Below the pieces are notes generated by a model. The model was not told the DNA's origin, did not search any database, and saw only the letters and a list, made by a program, of their open reading frames with translations. Below are positions 1 through 10,013 of a stretch of DNA of 43,262 nucleotides, in pieces. A program made the translations under genes and the position numbers. The stretch comes from a virus: the UHGV virus genome UHGV-1377064; one strand, 5' to 3'. The number at the start of each line of letters is the position of its first letter. Position 1 is the stretch's first letter.

Positions 1-197
1 TACGGCGTATATAGGTTTCTGTCGTATGATTGGTTCATTTGATGAAACTTGAGTTGTTCAGATGAAGTAGGCGTATCCATAAATCCTTGTATTGTTTTTT
101 CGCTCTTAAAGCGCTCTTGTTCACGCGGATACTCTCCTACAGCCTCTCTTGAGCCTAATTCGATTGTATGAGGAAACTCATTTAATGGATTAAACAT
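1..197 (-). CDS. head-tail adaptor / head closure protein, N-terminal 65 codons. The ORF runs off the left edge and continues in frame at the right end of the window (43130..43262).
   Basis: ATG at 197-195 overlaps the stop of the upstream connector gene. The frame is open to position 1. Position between the gp6-like connector and the HK97 gp10-like protein is canonical for this gene. Confidence 0.5.
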   Translation of the reverse strand, partial: MFNPLNEFPHTIELGSREAVGEYPREQERFKSEKTIQGFMDTPTSSEQLKFHQMNQSYDRNLYTP

Positions 198-504
198 GAT
201 AACCAGTCCAACGTAAGCGTCTAAATGGTTTAAGGTAACCGTATGTTTCCTTAGGTAGATCAGTAACGAAAGTGTAGCTCACAGTACCCATAGTACGTGA
301 AGAAATATTGCTAGTCGTACCTTGTTTAATACAGTTAGCAATGAATTTCTCTACATTACTAGGTAATGACTTCCTATTGAATGTTTGATTACAATACTCT
401 TCAGCTACATTCAGATACTTTTCAATAAGTAATTCGATTGTTTCGTCATTTGAAGTATCATCGAGTGAGAGATTGTTTAATAATTTAACGTCTTGTGCGT
501 TCAT
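190..504 (-). CDS. phage head-tail connector protein (gp6-like)
   Basis: 104-aa ORF immediately downstream of the capsid and Rho-N genes. Size and position are typical. Confidence 0.5.
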   Translation of the reverse strand: MNAQDVKLLNNLSLDDTSNDETIELLIEKYLNVAEEYCNQTFNRKSLPSNVEKFIANCIKQGTTSNISSRTMGTVSYTFVTDLPKETYGYLKPFRRLRWTGYHV

Positions 505-794
505 TACTCAACACTTCCTAATGCTTCAATGAGTTCATCTTTTTTCATACTAGAAAAGCCCTCTATTTCACGTTCTTTAGCGAGTTCTCTTAATTCTGAT
601 ACTTTCATACCTTTTAAGTCTTTGTCGCTCTCTACACGCTCAATAAGGGGCTTGTTTTGACGGTTCTCTTTTGTGGATAGTTCAGTTAATCGTTCATTAC
701 TTACATTTAAACCTTTACGAGGGAACGTATCTCCAACGTTATATTCGTAGTTGTTATCTTGTAAGTCTGTGAAGTATTCGATTACTTTATACAT
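504..794 (-). CDS. Rho termination factor N-terminal domain-like phage protein
   Basis: C-terminal 'KVSELRELAKEREIEGFSSMKKDELIEALG' resembles the Rho_N motif. Such genes commonly lie between the capsid and connector genes in staphylococcal siphoviruses. Confidence 0.4.
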   Translation of the reverse strand: MYKVIEYFTDLQDNNYEYNVGDTFPRKGLNVSNERLTELSTKENRQNKPLIERVESDKDLKGMKVSELRELAKEREIEGFSSMKKDELIEALGSVE

Positions 795-810
795 ACGTCA
801 CTACCTCCTT

Positions 811-1641
811 TTATGCGCCTGAGTCTGTAGTTCCTGCGCCTTTAGTAACCTTAACTGCTTTAGATTCATCATATAAGTATGCTACATAATGTTTATCACT
901 GTATAAAGCAGTTGTTTTAGTTGAAGGATCACGGTCAGTTTCTAAGAAGAAATCACGTTTAGTGATTAATTTAACTGCACCACGTTTAGCTAAAATAGCT
1001 TCGCCCTCATCTAATTTCTTAGAACGTACAATTACTGCACCTAAAGCTTCACCAAATGCACCTTTAACGATAATGTTATCGCCTAATTCAGTCGCACGAG
1101 TGAAGTTTGAAGAAGCACTAGAACGTAACTTGCCAGCGTCTTTAGGGTTAATGAATAATACCATTGGTTCTAAATCTTCATCGTCAAATGTATCAATAGC
1201 AGCTTCTAAACCTGCTAATGTACCAATATCTCCACTAACTGTTAATTTCGTGCCTCGTAAAGCTTCTAATACGTCGTTATCTACTTTGTTAGCAATGGCT
1301 AAGCCATGTTGACGTACTGCTTCGCCTTGAGGGTCACCATAACCAGATAATAAAGCTTCATCAGTAATATCAGTACCTTTACCGATTTTATGAATTTTAG
1401 CTTCACGTCTGTTAGTTTCAATTTTGTCTACAGGAATTTTTTGTCCTTCAGGTACTACTGTAGCATCGCCACTGTAAACAAATGCAGGGAAAGTTAAAGT
1501 GTCACCTGGTTGTCCTACTAATGTACTGTCAATGTCTGCAAATTGTGCAAATCTCAATTTCTTATCTAATTCTGCTTGCATCATAGGTTTTAATACTTCT
1601 GGAACGATTTGTGTACTTTTAGTTGTTGTTCCTTGTGCCAT
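811..1641 (-). CDS. major capsid protein
   Basis: 276-aa ORF directly after the scaffold gene with a strong RBS. Assignment rests on position and size. Confidence 0.55.
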   Translation of the reverse strand: MAQGTTTKSTQIVPEVLKPMMQAELDKKLRFAQFADIDSTLVGQPGDTLTFPAFVYSGDATVVPEGQKIPVDKIETNRREAKIHKIGKGTDITDEALLSGYGDPQGEAVRQHGLAIANKVDNDVLEALRGTKLTVSGDIGTLAGLEAAIDTFDDEDLEPMVLFINPKDAGKLRSSASSNFTRATELGDNIIVKGAFGEALGAVIVRSKKLDEGEAILAKRGAVKLITKRDFFLETDRDPSTKTTALYSDKHYVAYLYDESKAVKVTKGAGTTDSGA

Positions 1642-1658
1642 ATGTTATTACCTCTTTT

Positions 1659-2252
1659 CTAATTGTTTATTAGAGTGTCGTAAGTTTTTCTATCATTAAC
1701 AAATAGATTAGTTCTCTCTGCGACACTCATATTGTTAAATTCTTCTTGTGTAATCCCACCATTTACGTTTTTACCGTCGTCTGGTGTGCGTCCACTTGGT
1801 TTACTTTCAGCAAATAAATAAGGCTTAGACTCTTTTAACGATTCAATCGCTTTATCTAAACCTTTAACTTTGCCGTCATCTTGTAGTTCTAGTTCATCTT
1901 TGTTGATGAAAGCTAGAATGTCGTCAGCGTCGTTTGCGTCTTTCGCAACAGCTAACTTAACAGCGTTATTCAATTGTGATTCTTGGTACTTAGTTTGCCA
2001 CTCTGCGTTTTTATCTTTTAATTCATCGAGTTCTTTTTGTAACTCGCTATCATCTTTCACAGAGTCATGTAATTTGGCAATTTGTTCATCACGGTTAGTA
2101 ATCTCTGCTTTTAATTCATCGATTTCAGCGTTCTTGTCATTCAGTCGAGAACGTGGTACCATACCTGATTTCGATTCATCAATAGCGTCAATCACTTTCT
2201 GTTTATCGATTTCACCGTCTTTAAATTGCCCTAATAATGCGTATAAGTCCAT
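1659..2252 (-). CDS. capsid scaffolding protein
   Basis: 197 aa, acidic and coiled-coil rich (K/E/D/L), located between the head morphogenesis and capsid genes. Confidence 0.5.
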   Translation of the reverse strand: MDLYALLGQFKDGEIDKQKVIDAIDESKSGMVPRSRLNDKNAEIDELKAEITNRDEQIAKLHDSVKDDSELQKELDELKDKNAEWQTKYQESQLNNAVKLAVAKDANDADDILAFINKDELELQDDGKVKGLDKAIESLKESKPYLFAESKPSGRTPDDGKNVNGGITQEEFNNMSVAERTNLFVNDRKTYDTLINN

Positions 2253-2345
2253 ATTTAATTGCTCCTTTTACGTTTTTTACGTGTAACGACACGAAAGATT
2301 TGTATAAAAAAGAAGCCTTTTAACGACGGTGCTAAGGTCGAGTAT

Positions 2346-3293
2346 TTACTGCTTACGTTTATTCTTCTCCCACTCTCTATAGTTAGTGAAAGGTATCACG
2401 CCATCTTCTTTAGTTCTCATCGTTGTAGGTAATTCATCTTCGTCTATGTAATAAAGAAGCTTACAACGACAATTGATGTTCTCTTTCGCACTAGCTACAC
2501 CTATAAACAACTTAGGTGCAGGACCTACACAACCACTTGAGTGAAAGTTATCTTCAATATCAACTGAAGTGCCGTCTAAGTGTCTGTGTGTATCACGTGT
2601 GCGTGTATCTTTAGTAGCATACCAACGTTTTTTCATATCAAGTCCGTTATCTTTAGCTACCATTGCACTATCTAATCCAGCTTGTGACAATGCACGTCCT
2701 GTTTCTGTACGTGCTACTCTTACTGATTGCGCTTTTGCCATTCCTAAGTCATCTCTTAATGCTTTAGCTATCTTAGAATATCCCTCGCCACTCATAATGC
2801 CTTGTGTTATGTGTGTACGAATACGTTTCAATGTATCATCACGATGTTTCTGTAATGTAGGTACTAACTTAATAAACTCAATAGGTTGTTCTATTGCCGT
2901 CTGTATCGTTTGTGTGGTTGGTATATCAAAGTTCATAGACGTTTGACTTGCTACTTCATACAAAAATAGGCTCATCATGTACTTTTCGATATAGACGTTC
3001 TGTTGTGACTGTTTGATAGCCTTAGCGACTTCTCTGTAGTCTTGAGATAACATCTGTCCTATACGATTAAGTTCTTTATTGAGCCTGTTGTATTTATTAA
3101 ATTCAGTCCACGTTACTTTCGGTTCATCTCTATCGTACCTTTCGTACATATTCACTATAATCTGTTTAATTTCTTTCAAACGTTTAGCAAATAGTATTTC
3201 GATTTCTTTCTCTGCTTGATTAACCAGTTTGTCGATGTAGTTATCTATGTCATTCTGATTGGTTATTTTCGGATTGTCTTTGTTGTTCGCCAT
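2346..3293 (-). CDS. minor head / head morphogenesis protein (SPP1 gp7-like)
   Basis: 315 aa immediately after the portal gene. Position is typical. Confidence 0.5.
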   Translation of the reverse strand: MANNKDNPKITNQNDIDNYIDKLVNQAEKEIEILFAKRLKEIKQIIVNMYERYDRDEPKVTWTEFNKYNRLNKELNRIGQMLSQDYREVAKAIKQSQQNVYIEKYMMSLFLYEVASQTSMNFDIPTTQTIQTAIEQPIEFIKLVPTLQKHRDDTLKRIRTHITQGIMSGEGYSKIAKALRDDLGMAKAQSVRVARTETGRALSQAGLDSAMVAKDNGLDMKKRWYATKDTRTRDTHRHLDGTSVDIEDNFHSSGCVGPAPKLFIGVASAKENINCRCKLLYYIDEDELPTTMRTKEDGVIPFTNYREWEKNKRKQ

Positions 3294-4686
3294 TCAATCC
3301 CTCCTCAATGTCAGGGAGTTGTTGATTGAGTTCTATGTTTTCTTGCTCTATTCTTTCCATTTCAGCTACAGGATCTTGTACCCACGAATGATTACCAAGA
3401 ATAGTTTCTTTAGATAATAACCCTGTAGAATTCATAGCGATTTGAGAGTTTTCTAACTCATTAACCATTACATTGAAGTTGAATGTAATCTCGATGTCTT
3501 GCACTCTCACATCTAATCTGTAGAAGTCGATAATGTACTGCAATAGCTCTTGTAATGCAGTAAGTGTTTTATTCTTTAGCTTGTTAGCTTTTAAGTCTAA
3601 GTTACTGTACATAAATTTAAGTGCAATACCACTTGGGCTATTACCAAACTTATCTTGTTGGAAGTCTACACCTTGACCAAACTCTATAATGTAATCACGT
3701 AACATCTTCGTGTATTCCTTAACAGAGTCAATAGGCACTTCTACTTTAATAGTGTCTACGCCGGAACCACTTTCTCCTGCAACACTAATTGCTTTGTAGT
3801 ATTTTAGGTTATGCATGAAGTCTTTCATATCTTCACCTTCATAACCTTTTAAGATATAGATTAACTCTACTGATTCGTCAAAAGTGTTTTGTGTATCTGA
3901 TAATCGCTTATCTAACGCATCTATGATTGTCTTATACATGAATAAGTCAGATACTTCTTGCGGGTTGTTCTTGAACGGAATAAAAGGAACACGTCCCCAA
4001 CTCATCAATTTATTACCTTGATAATAATGAGGTTGTATATGATCATCACTACGATAGAAATCAGGGATAAGTTGTCCTTCTTTCAACTCATAGAATGTCA
4101 CATCATCTTTCGTCCAATACTCAACGCGTTCTGCTCCGTCTAATTCATACACACGGATAAATGCTTGTAATTCATCTCTTTCTTTATTAGTCCAAATAGG
4201 AATAGCTTGTTCTGCAGGAACACGAAACGTTTTAAATTCTCCCTCTTCATCTACATAAGGTTGAACCCATTCGATACCTTTATTACTTGCAGCAGTTAAT
4301 ATATCTACTAACTTGTCATCCCACTTGTGATTAAGTGTGTGTTGTATTTGCTTTAACGCTTTGTCATTATCTACACCAAATGTCACCGGATTAGCTACTG
4401 CATAAGCTACTTTCTGGTCTACTAAGTTTTGATGATAATTTGTGTACATACGCCAGTCTGGTTTAGTTTCATCATAGTCACCGTTCACATCTCTTTTGAA
4501 AGGAGCGTCTAGTATATCCGGATGATGATTATAATATCTTTCGCCCATCGTGATATTATCTATGTTCTCTTTATGTTCTCTAACTAAGCGCAATATCATT
4601 TCTTCTTGTGTTTCATACTTCGGTTTAATCTGTTCTACCACTTGTTCGTGATATGGTTTATCCCACGGCCAGTTAATGCTAATCAC
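3250..4686 (-). CDS. portal protein
   Basis: 478 aa directly downstream of the large terminase gene. Size and order are typical. Confidence 0.65.
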   Translation of the reverse strand: MISINWPWDKPYHEQVVEQIKPKYETQEEMILRLVREHKENIDNITMGERYYNHHPDILDAPFKRDVNGDYDETKPDWRMYTNYHQNLVDQKVAYAVANPVTFGVDNDKALKQIQHTLNHKWDDKLVDILTAASNKGIEWVQPYVDEEGEFKTFRVPAEQAIPIWTNKERDELQAFIRVYELDGAERVEYWTKDDVTFYELKEGQLIPDFYRSDDHIQPHYYQGNKLMSWGRVPFIPFKNNPQEVSDLFMYKTIIDALDKRLSDTQNTFDESVELIYILKGYEGEDMKDFMHNLKYYKAISVAGESGSGVDTIKVEVPIDSVKEYTKMLRDYIIEFGQGVDFQQDKFGNSPSGIALKFMYSNLDLKANKLKNKTLTALQELLQYIIDFYRLDVRVQDIEITFNFNVMVNELENSQIAMNSTGLLSKETILGNHSWVQDPVAEMERIEQENIELNQQLPDIEEGLNGEQQRQSENNQSE

Positions 4687-4691
4687 CTCGT

Positions 4692-5954
4692 TTACGTAAG
4701 TATGCTAAGTTTATTCTGCCTCATGTCACGCTCTAGGGCGTATCTAGTGGCGTCAATTGTATGGTCGTTTTTATCTTCTAATTTAGGAATAATATCTCCA
4801 TCTTTATCAGTTTGATAATCTATGTTTTCAAATTCTCTTGCTATATTCGGTGTACGTTTTGGATCTATTATGATAGCTTCTAAATCAGATAACCATTGTT
4901 CACCATATTCTCTGCTATCAGGTCCTTTTTTAACCGGTCTTACTTTTTTCATGCCATGTTCTTGCTTTAATTCAGCTATTGATTTAGGTTCGGCATGGTC
5001 AGCGTAAATGTCGTCTGACTGATATTTTCTTTTCCACATTTCGTTTGCATATTGCCTATTACTAATCTGAACACCGTAATATTCATCGATAGCGTAAATA
5101 ACCCGTTTCTTTTTATCATAATGCCAACGGACAAACGCTAACGGATCGTCAGCATATCCAAAGTCAAGGCCATTCCTTATGTTGTCAAAACCGTCAATCA
5201 TTTCTTGGGGTATCGTTTCTATTTGTAAATTGTTAAACGGTACAACGCCACTCCCTATCGCTTCCCCCATATACTCCCAACGATAACGTTGTTCGTTACG
5301 TTCTTTCGCACTCTCTGCCTCTTGTATAAACTGTTTAGATATAAAAGGGTTATCTAAGTACGTTGAATGATGTACGAATGTATTATCCGGTTGGAATGAG
5401 GTTTCGTATTTTTTGTTAACCCACGATTGTTTTCTCTTAGGTGGATTGTAGCTAAAGAAAAACTTGTAGAACAATCCGTCATCTAATTCACCACGTAGCA
5501 TAGAGTTAGTAATTGTTGTAACTTCGTCCTCTGTCTTAAATTCTGCCAACTCCTCTATCCACATGATAGAAAAAGGGAACCGACTATCTTTTAACGACTT
5601 TAATCGTTCAGGGTTCTGTGCCCCTCTAAAGATAATCCGATTCCCTCTGGGTACATATGTGATTTCCATTGGCGACACTTTAACTTTGAACAGGTGTGAC
5701 ACCTTTTGTTCTTCTATCGCCCACTTGATTTGTTCAAACACTGATGTAGCTAATGTATTATCTGTCTTACGTACTACAACTGCATTCATAGGATAACGCA
5801 TGATTAACTGTGTAATGATAATAGATATGTCAGATGACTTACCACTACCACGTCCACCTTTAGCTACTATGTTGAGTTTCTCTCTATCCTTAGTTGCCTT
5901 CCATAAGCTATGAAAGTGTTTAGGTAACAGTTCGGACAGTTTAATTGATATCAT
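4692..5954 (-). CDS. terL: terminase large subunit
   Basis: Walker A 'VAKGGRGSGKS' near the N-terminus. 420 aa. Follows the small terminase gene. Confidence 0.8.
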   Translation of the reverse strand: MISIKLSELLPKHFHSLWKATKDREKLNIVAKGGRGSGKSSDISIIITQLIMRYPMNAVVVRKTDNTLATSVFEQIKWAIEEQKVSHLFKVKVSPMEITYVPRGNRIIFRGAQNPERLKSLKDSRFPFSIMWIEELAEFKTEDEVTTITNSMLRGELDDGLFYKFFFSYNPPKRKQSWVNKKYETSFQPDNTFVHHSTYLDNPFISKQFIQEAESAKERNEQRYRWEYMGEAIGSGVVPFNNLQIETIPQEMIDGFDNIRNGLDFGYADDPLAFVRWHYDKKKRVIYAIDEYYGVQISNRQYANEMWKRKYQSDDIYADHAEPKSIAELKQEHGMKKVRPVKKGPDSREYGEQWLSDLEAIIIDPKRTPNIAREFENIDYQTDKDGDIIPKLEDKNDHTIDATRYALERDMRQNKLSILT

Positions 5955-6321
5955 CGTCGAAATGCACCGTCGCAGTCGTTTCGATTTGTTGTCTTTCTAC
6001 AGGAGTATAACCTGTACGATCCAATATATCTTTAGAGGCTTGATAGCGTACTAGCTCACTTTTAGCGTCTAATAAGTTAATCATCGTTTGTAAGGCTTTA
6101 GGTACCTGCTTAGACAAATGCTCTGCTTGGTAACCTTTAAAGCCTTCTCTGAATTTATCATTATGTTTCCAACGAGATATAGTAGAACGGTTAACGTCAA
6201 TTTCAGCAGCTATTTCTCCCTCTGCTAAATCTGTTTCGTTCTTCAAGCGTATATATTCTTGTTGCTTCTTGGTTAATTCTAAGTACGCCCCGAATGTTGC
6301 GTTATTTTGCATGTTAGTCAT
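5941..6321 (-). CDS. terS: terminase small subunit
   Basis: 126 aa with an HTH-like 'DVNRSTISRWKHN' segment. Overlaps the terL start. First gene after the late-activator leader. Confidence 0.5.
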   Translation of the reverse strand: MTNMQNNATFGAYLELTKKQQEYIRLKNETDLAEGEIAAEIDVNRSTISRWKHNDKFREGFKGYQAEHLSKQVPKALQTMINLLDAKSELVRYQASKDILDRTGYTPVERQQIETTATVHFDDDIN

Positions 6322-6461
6322 CGTATATTACCACCTACTTTACGTTATGCACTCTTTATATTTTTAAAAAAGACACTGCGTAAACAGTGCCTAATGATTA
6401 TGTTTTGTTATTTATTTGAGTTTATGTACTCATGTCACACCTCTATGTCACATCAATACAT

Positions 6462-6494
6462 AAAAAAAGTTACCCGTGTGTTCTCACGGATAAC
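6462..6494 (-). terminator. rho-independent terminator between the late activator gene and terS
   Basis: Hairpin gttacccgtg / cacggataac (9 of 10 bp paired, loop tgttct), preceded on the plus strand by AAAAAAA, which is a U-run after the stem on the minus strand. Confidence 0.45.
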
Positions 6495-6769
6495 TTATTA
6501 AGGGAGGAGAAAAATTACATGTTAAGTATTCATATCATCGTATCGGAAGCCGTGTTGTAAGATTCAATAAAACTACCCGCCACTCTGACGGATAGTTAAG
6601 CAATCGGATGTGCAACGTCTAATCAAGGACGATAAACACTTATCCAATCACTTCGATATTGAATACCTCACCATAGTGCGAAAGGATAAACACTATGTCT
6701 TGTGAGGTAATTCTTACAATATCATAATACACCGATTATAAACGGACTTACACACTTCAAAAGTCCACC

Positions 6770-7186
6770 CTACACATAACCTATGAATTCTGCCAATCTA
6801 TTTATCATCGCGTCACGTCGTCTTAATATGCTCGTCTTACTTGTACCGAAGTAGTCAGCTATATCCTCCCACTCACTGCAACCAATCGGACATTCCCAAT
6901 ATCTCAAACGCATTAAGTCTTGTGTATCTTCGTCCGATTCATAAATAAGTTTGTCTACACCTTTTACAATGTTACGTAAGTTGTTATAACGATTGTCACT
7001 TAACTTCTTAATTGATTCTCTCTCAATAGGATTGCCTGGTATATTACTTTTGCCTGCGCCTACATTCTCGGGTTCGTGATTTTCTAGTAGTTCATACTCT
7101 CTTACTTTTAACTCTCGTCTGTAGCGTTCTATGTTCTTGATATAATCTTCTAACTTCTTTATATCGTGTCGTTCAATCGTTATCAT
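6770..7186 (-). CDS. late gene transcriptional activator (ArpU/RinA-like, sigma-70 region 4-like)
   Basis: 138 aa with C-terminal 'LRYWECPIGCSEWEDIADYFGTSKTSILRRRDAMINRLAEF'. Lies immediately upstream of the packaging genes, as known for RinA/ArpU/LtrC-family activators in staphylococcal phages. Confidence 0.5.
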   Translation of the reverse strand: MITIERHDIKKLEDYIKNIERYRRELKVREYELLENHEPENVGAGKSNIPGNPIERESIKKLSDNRYNNLRNIVKGVDKLIYESDEDTQDLMRLRYWECPIGCSEWEDIADYFGTSKTSILRRRDAMINRLAEFIGYV

Positions 7187-7316
7187 ACTTACCCTCCATT
7201 CTCCAACTTATCTCTTAACACTTCAATTTCATACTCTTTCACTTCTAACTGATGTTTTAGATCATTCTGTTCAAGTATAGAGCCAAATAGTAGTAAAACT
7301 AATATAATGATTGCTA

Positions 7317-7739
7317 TTACGCCCCACATTGTTTGACCACCTCTAAATTAGGTTTGTGTTCTAGTACACGTCCGTTAAAACTACATGCATCTTCTTTAGC
7401 TGAATATAAATCGTCGTAAGATAAAGCTTCAAATACATTGTCAGTGATTATGCATGTGTTTCCATAACTACCTATATATTTTTTCACTAAATATACTCCT
7501 TTTTTTAACTCAACCACGTATTTGCCTATGTTGTTTTTATTATCCTTATTTTTCAACCAAGATACCTCTCTTTCTAAATGTAACTTATCTAATTGCAATC
7601 CATGTTTATCTTCCTGTAACTCATTAACTCTTTTCTCTGCTTTAATCCACTTATATATAGCAAAAATACACAGTACTAACACAATTGTTACCGATAAAAA
7701 ACTTATCCAAATCACTTTAATAACCTCCGTATATGCCAT
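7317..7739 (-). CDS. hypothetical membrane-anchored protein
   Basis: N-terminal transmembrane helix 'VIWISFLSVTIVLVLCIFAIY'. Confidence 0.3.
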   Translation of the reverse strand: MAYTEVIKVIWISFLSVTIVLVLCIFAIYKWIKAEKRVNELQEDKHGLQLDKLHLEREVSWLKNKDNKNNIGKYVVELKKGVYLVKKYIGSYGNTCIITDNVFEALSYDDLYSAKEDACSFNGRVLEHKPNLEVVKQCGA

Positions 7740-8044
7740 TCAAATGAGCGTGATCGTTTTCGTCGAAGTCCTTAGGCACTTCCACCTCATCATTTGCAGT
7801 TAACTTATAATATAACTCTCTACCAATCCATTTACCTAACTCATACATAGCGATAGTAAACCAAATCTTTAATATGCGTTTAATCATCTAAATCATCTCC
7901 ATGTTCGATATATTCTATAACGTGTTCCAACGCTGATTTATAAGTAAGTGTTATTGAATCTTCCTGCTTTGATTCTTCAATATCGCTAATTACACTTTTT
8001 AATTTTCCAATTACTTCTTCACTACTTTTCATTCCGTTCACTCC

Positions 8045-8278
8045 TTATCCCAATCTTTCTTGCAAACGATATAGTTTTCTAAGTTGTAATCTATCGTGCT
8101 GACTTAATATACGCTTTGCTTTCTCTTCTGCTTCTTCCTTATCCTCTGCTTCGACAAGCGTCATTTTCTCGTTAAATCTAGCTTTCTCGATGTGCTTGTG
8201 TATATGGCCTGTGCTATCTGTAAATTCTCTGATTAAGTATTGTGTCACTTCCCCAGCACCTCTTTTACAAAATTTCAA
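8045..8278 (-). CDS. hypothetical protein
   Basis: ORF in an operon with overlapping neighbours. Confidence 0.3.
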   Translation of the reverse strand: MKFCKRGAGEVTQYLIREFTDSTGHIHKHIEKARFNEKMTLVEAEDKEEAEEKAKRILSQHDRLQLRKLYRLQERLG

Positions 8279-8558
8279 AACCTTTTAATTCTTTCCTTAA
8301 TGACTTCTCGTCATTTATATCAAAACTCTTTTGAACTCCACGTGATTTTATAGTCACTTTGTTAGATTTATTTATCCAAATTTTGAACTTAGGCCAATTC
8401 TTAATATTGCAAGAATAACCTTCAAGCACTGTATTATCTTTTAATGATTGTTCTGTCGGAAATAACTGGACTTCAGTTTTGGATAACTTCTCACTTTCTA
8501 CATTCAAACCAATATTCGTGAGCATATTTTTTAATTCGTTTATTGTCACTTTATCCAC
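8265..8558 (-). CDS. hypothetical protein
   Basis: ORF with a GTG start. Preceded by the tandem decamer repeats. Confidence 0.3.
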   Translation of the reverse strand: MDKVTINELKNMLTNIGLNVESEKLSKTEVQLFPTEQSLKDNTVLEGYSCNIKNWPKFKIWINKSNKVTIKSRGVQKSFDINDEKSLRKELKGFEIL

Positions 8559-8576
8559 TCCTCGTTACTCCGTTTT

Positions 8577-8606
8577 ACTTCTCGTTACTTCTCGTTACTT
8601 CTCGCT
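8577..8606. repeat. 10-bp tandem repeat, three copies (ttctcgttac, ttctcgttac, ttctcgctac)
   Basis: Read directly from the sequence. Lies in the intergenic stretch between the MazG-like gene and the next gene. Confidence 0.6.
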
Positions 8607-8647
8607 ACTTTTTGCGAAGTATTCTTTTAATCTCTGCTACTATATCT

Positions 8648-8971
8648 TTATTCTTTAAGGTCTGCTTCTTTGATGAATGTTCCATTGATTGTCTTTCCTT
8701 TTCTTCCTTTTATTTCGTCATAAGCAAATTGTAAACACTCCTGTAATGTCATATCATGTTGTTGTGCCAATATGATTAATGTAACTACTGTATCGCCTAT
8801 ACCGTCTTTTAAAGCCTCTAAATTACCACGTGATAATGCTGCGCCGACTTCTCCTGCCTCTTCATAAAACTTCAACGCTTGTCTATCCGGATTGCCATTG
8901 TGCAAATCTTTATCCTTACTCCATTGTTCTACTTGTTTAATTAATTGATCTACTGTTAATTCCTTACTCAT
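8648..8971 (-). CDS. MazG-like nucleotide pyrophosphohydrolase
   Basis: 'EEAGEVGAAL...GDTVVTLIILAQ' matches the all-alpha NTP-PPase/MazG pattern. 107 aa. Confidence 0.5.
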   Translation of the reverse strand: MSKELTVDQLIKQVEQWSKDKDLHNGNPDRQALKFYEEAGEVGAALSRGNLEALKDGIGDTVVTLIILAQQHDMTLQECLQFAYDEIKGRKGKTINGTFIKEADLKE

Positions 8972-9288
8972 TTACTCGTCCTCCATTTTCTACTAAACTC
9001 TTTGAATTACTTTCCACTATCTTGTCGTACATCTTTGCTTTGCGATATACTTCGTTAAGCTCTTTGATTAGTAAACACCCGTCGTGTCCTGTAAAAGCTG
9101 TAGATGATACTATGCAGCGTTTGATAAACTCTCTATTGTCCATTGCAAGCCTCCAATTTCCGTCTTAATTCAGCTATATCCTTTATCAATTCATCACGTT
9201 GCTTACGTAAACTGTCACGTTCTCTTTTAGCTTTCTTCAATCTAGCGTCCATAACACTTGATACAAACTTAGCTTCTGCGTTCATTTA

Positions 9289-9669
9289 CTACCCCTCATT
9301 CCATTTCGAGTTTTCTTTCAACAAGCCTGCACTTCTTAGATCATCATTCAAACTACGTTGCCCGTTTTCGTACCACACATTAGCTAGGTATCTACCGAAC
9401 ACATCGCTCTTGTAAGTCTGTACGTATATCTTCTTGCCTTCTACACACGATTTAGTAAAGTCGGTAGCTTCTTTATAGTTCTCTTGACCTCTTTCAGGTG
9501 TATCTACATTAAGTAACCTTACTCTACGTTCTGCAGTTGTCTTGAAGCCTAAATCCAGTAAAATATCTATCGTGTCACCGTCAACTACATTGGTACATAT
9601 AGCTTGGAAAGTATATAAATGATTTTTTATATCTATCTCAAACACTCCTTTATTGATTAGGTAATCCAT
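9289..9669 (-). CDS. thermonuclease / SNase-like nuclease
   Basis: 'VVDGDTIDI...RLLNVDTPE' resembles the staphylococcal nuclease fold motifs. Confidence 0.5.
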   Translation of the reverse strand: MDYLINKGVFEIDIKNHLYTFQAICTNVVDGDTIDILLDLGFKTTAERRVRLLNVDTPERGQENYKEATDFTKSCVEGKKIYVQTYKSDVFGRYLANVWYENGQRSLNDDLRSAGLLKENSKWNEG

Positions 9670-9815
9670 AACTCATTAATTCGTTATATAATATGTCATC
9701 TTGTAATTCACTTATTAAATTGCTTACTTCTTTATGCGTCATAGCTTTTATTTCTTTACGACTATAATCGGTAAGTGACGTTTGTCCTTGCAAACTACAA
9801 ACGTATTCAACTTGT

Positions 9816-10013
9816 TTATCTGTTGCCATTCCTTATACACTCCCTGTTCTTTTTAATATCGTTTTCACTAACTTTCATCGTCACTCTGTTTCCTGCTATC
9901 TTAACCACAAAGCCTTTGACACCTATCTGTCGTAACTCCTGTTGTATTTCTGTAGGCGTCTTGCCTTGCGTGTTGTATCTGTATCGTTGAGATACCGTGT
10001 CACTTAGTAGCAT
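9816..10013 (-). CDS. hypothetical protein
   Basis: ORF only. Confidence 0.25.
   Translation of the reverse strand: MLLSDTVSQRYRYNTQGKTPTEIQQELRQIGVKGFVVKIAGNRVTMKVSENDIKKNRECIRNGNR

Noticed and set aside
962-4143. Plus-strand ORFs (962..1312, 1499..1699, 1870..2286, 2569..2946, 3958..4143) lying inside the capsid, scaffold, head-morphogenesis and portal genes.
   Set aside because: They are antisense to long, well-supported structural genes. Low-complexity Ser/Leu/Cys-rich translations and no RBS, as expected for AT-rich antisense frames.
6307-6501. 64-aa plus-strand ORF in the rinA-terS leader.
   Set aside because: No RBS, Cys/Phe-rich nonsense-like translation, and it overlaps the terminator hairpin. 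Only the short SD-preceded 13-codon ORF downstream was kept, as a curiosity.
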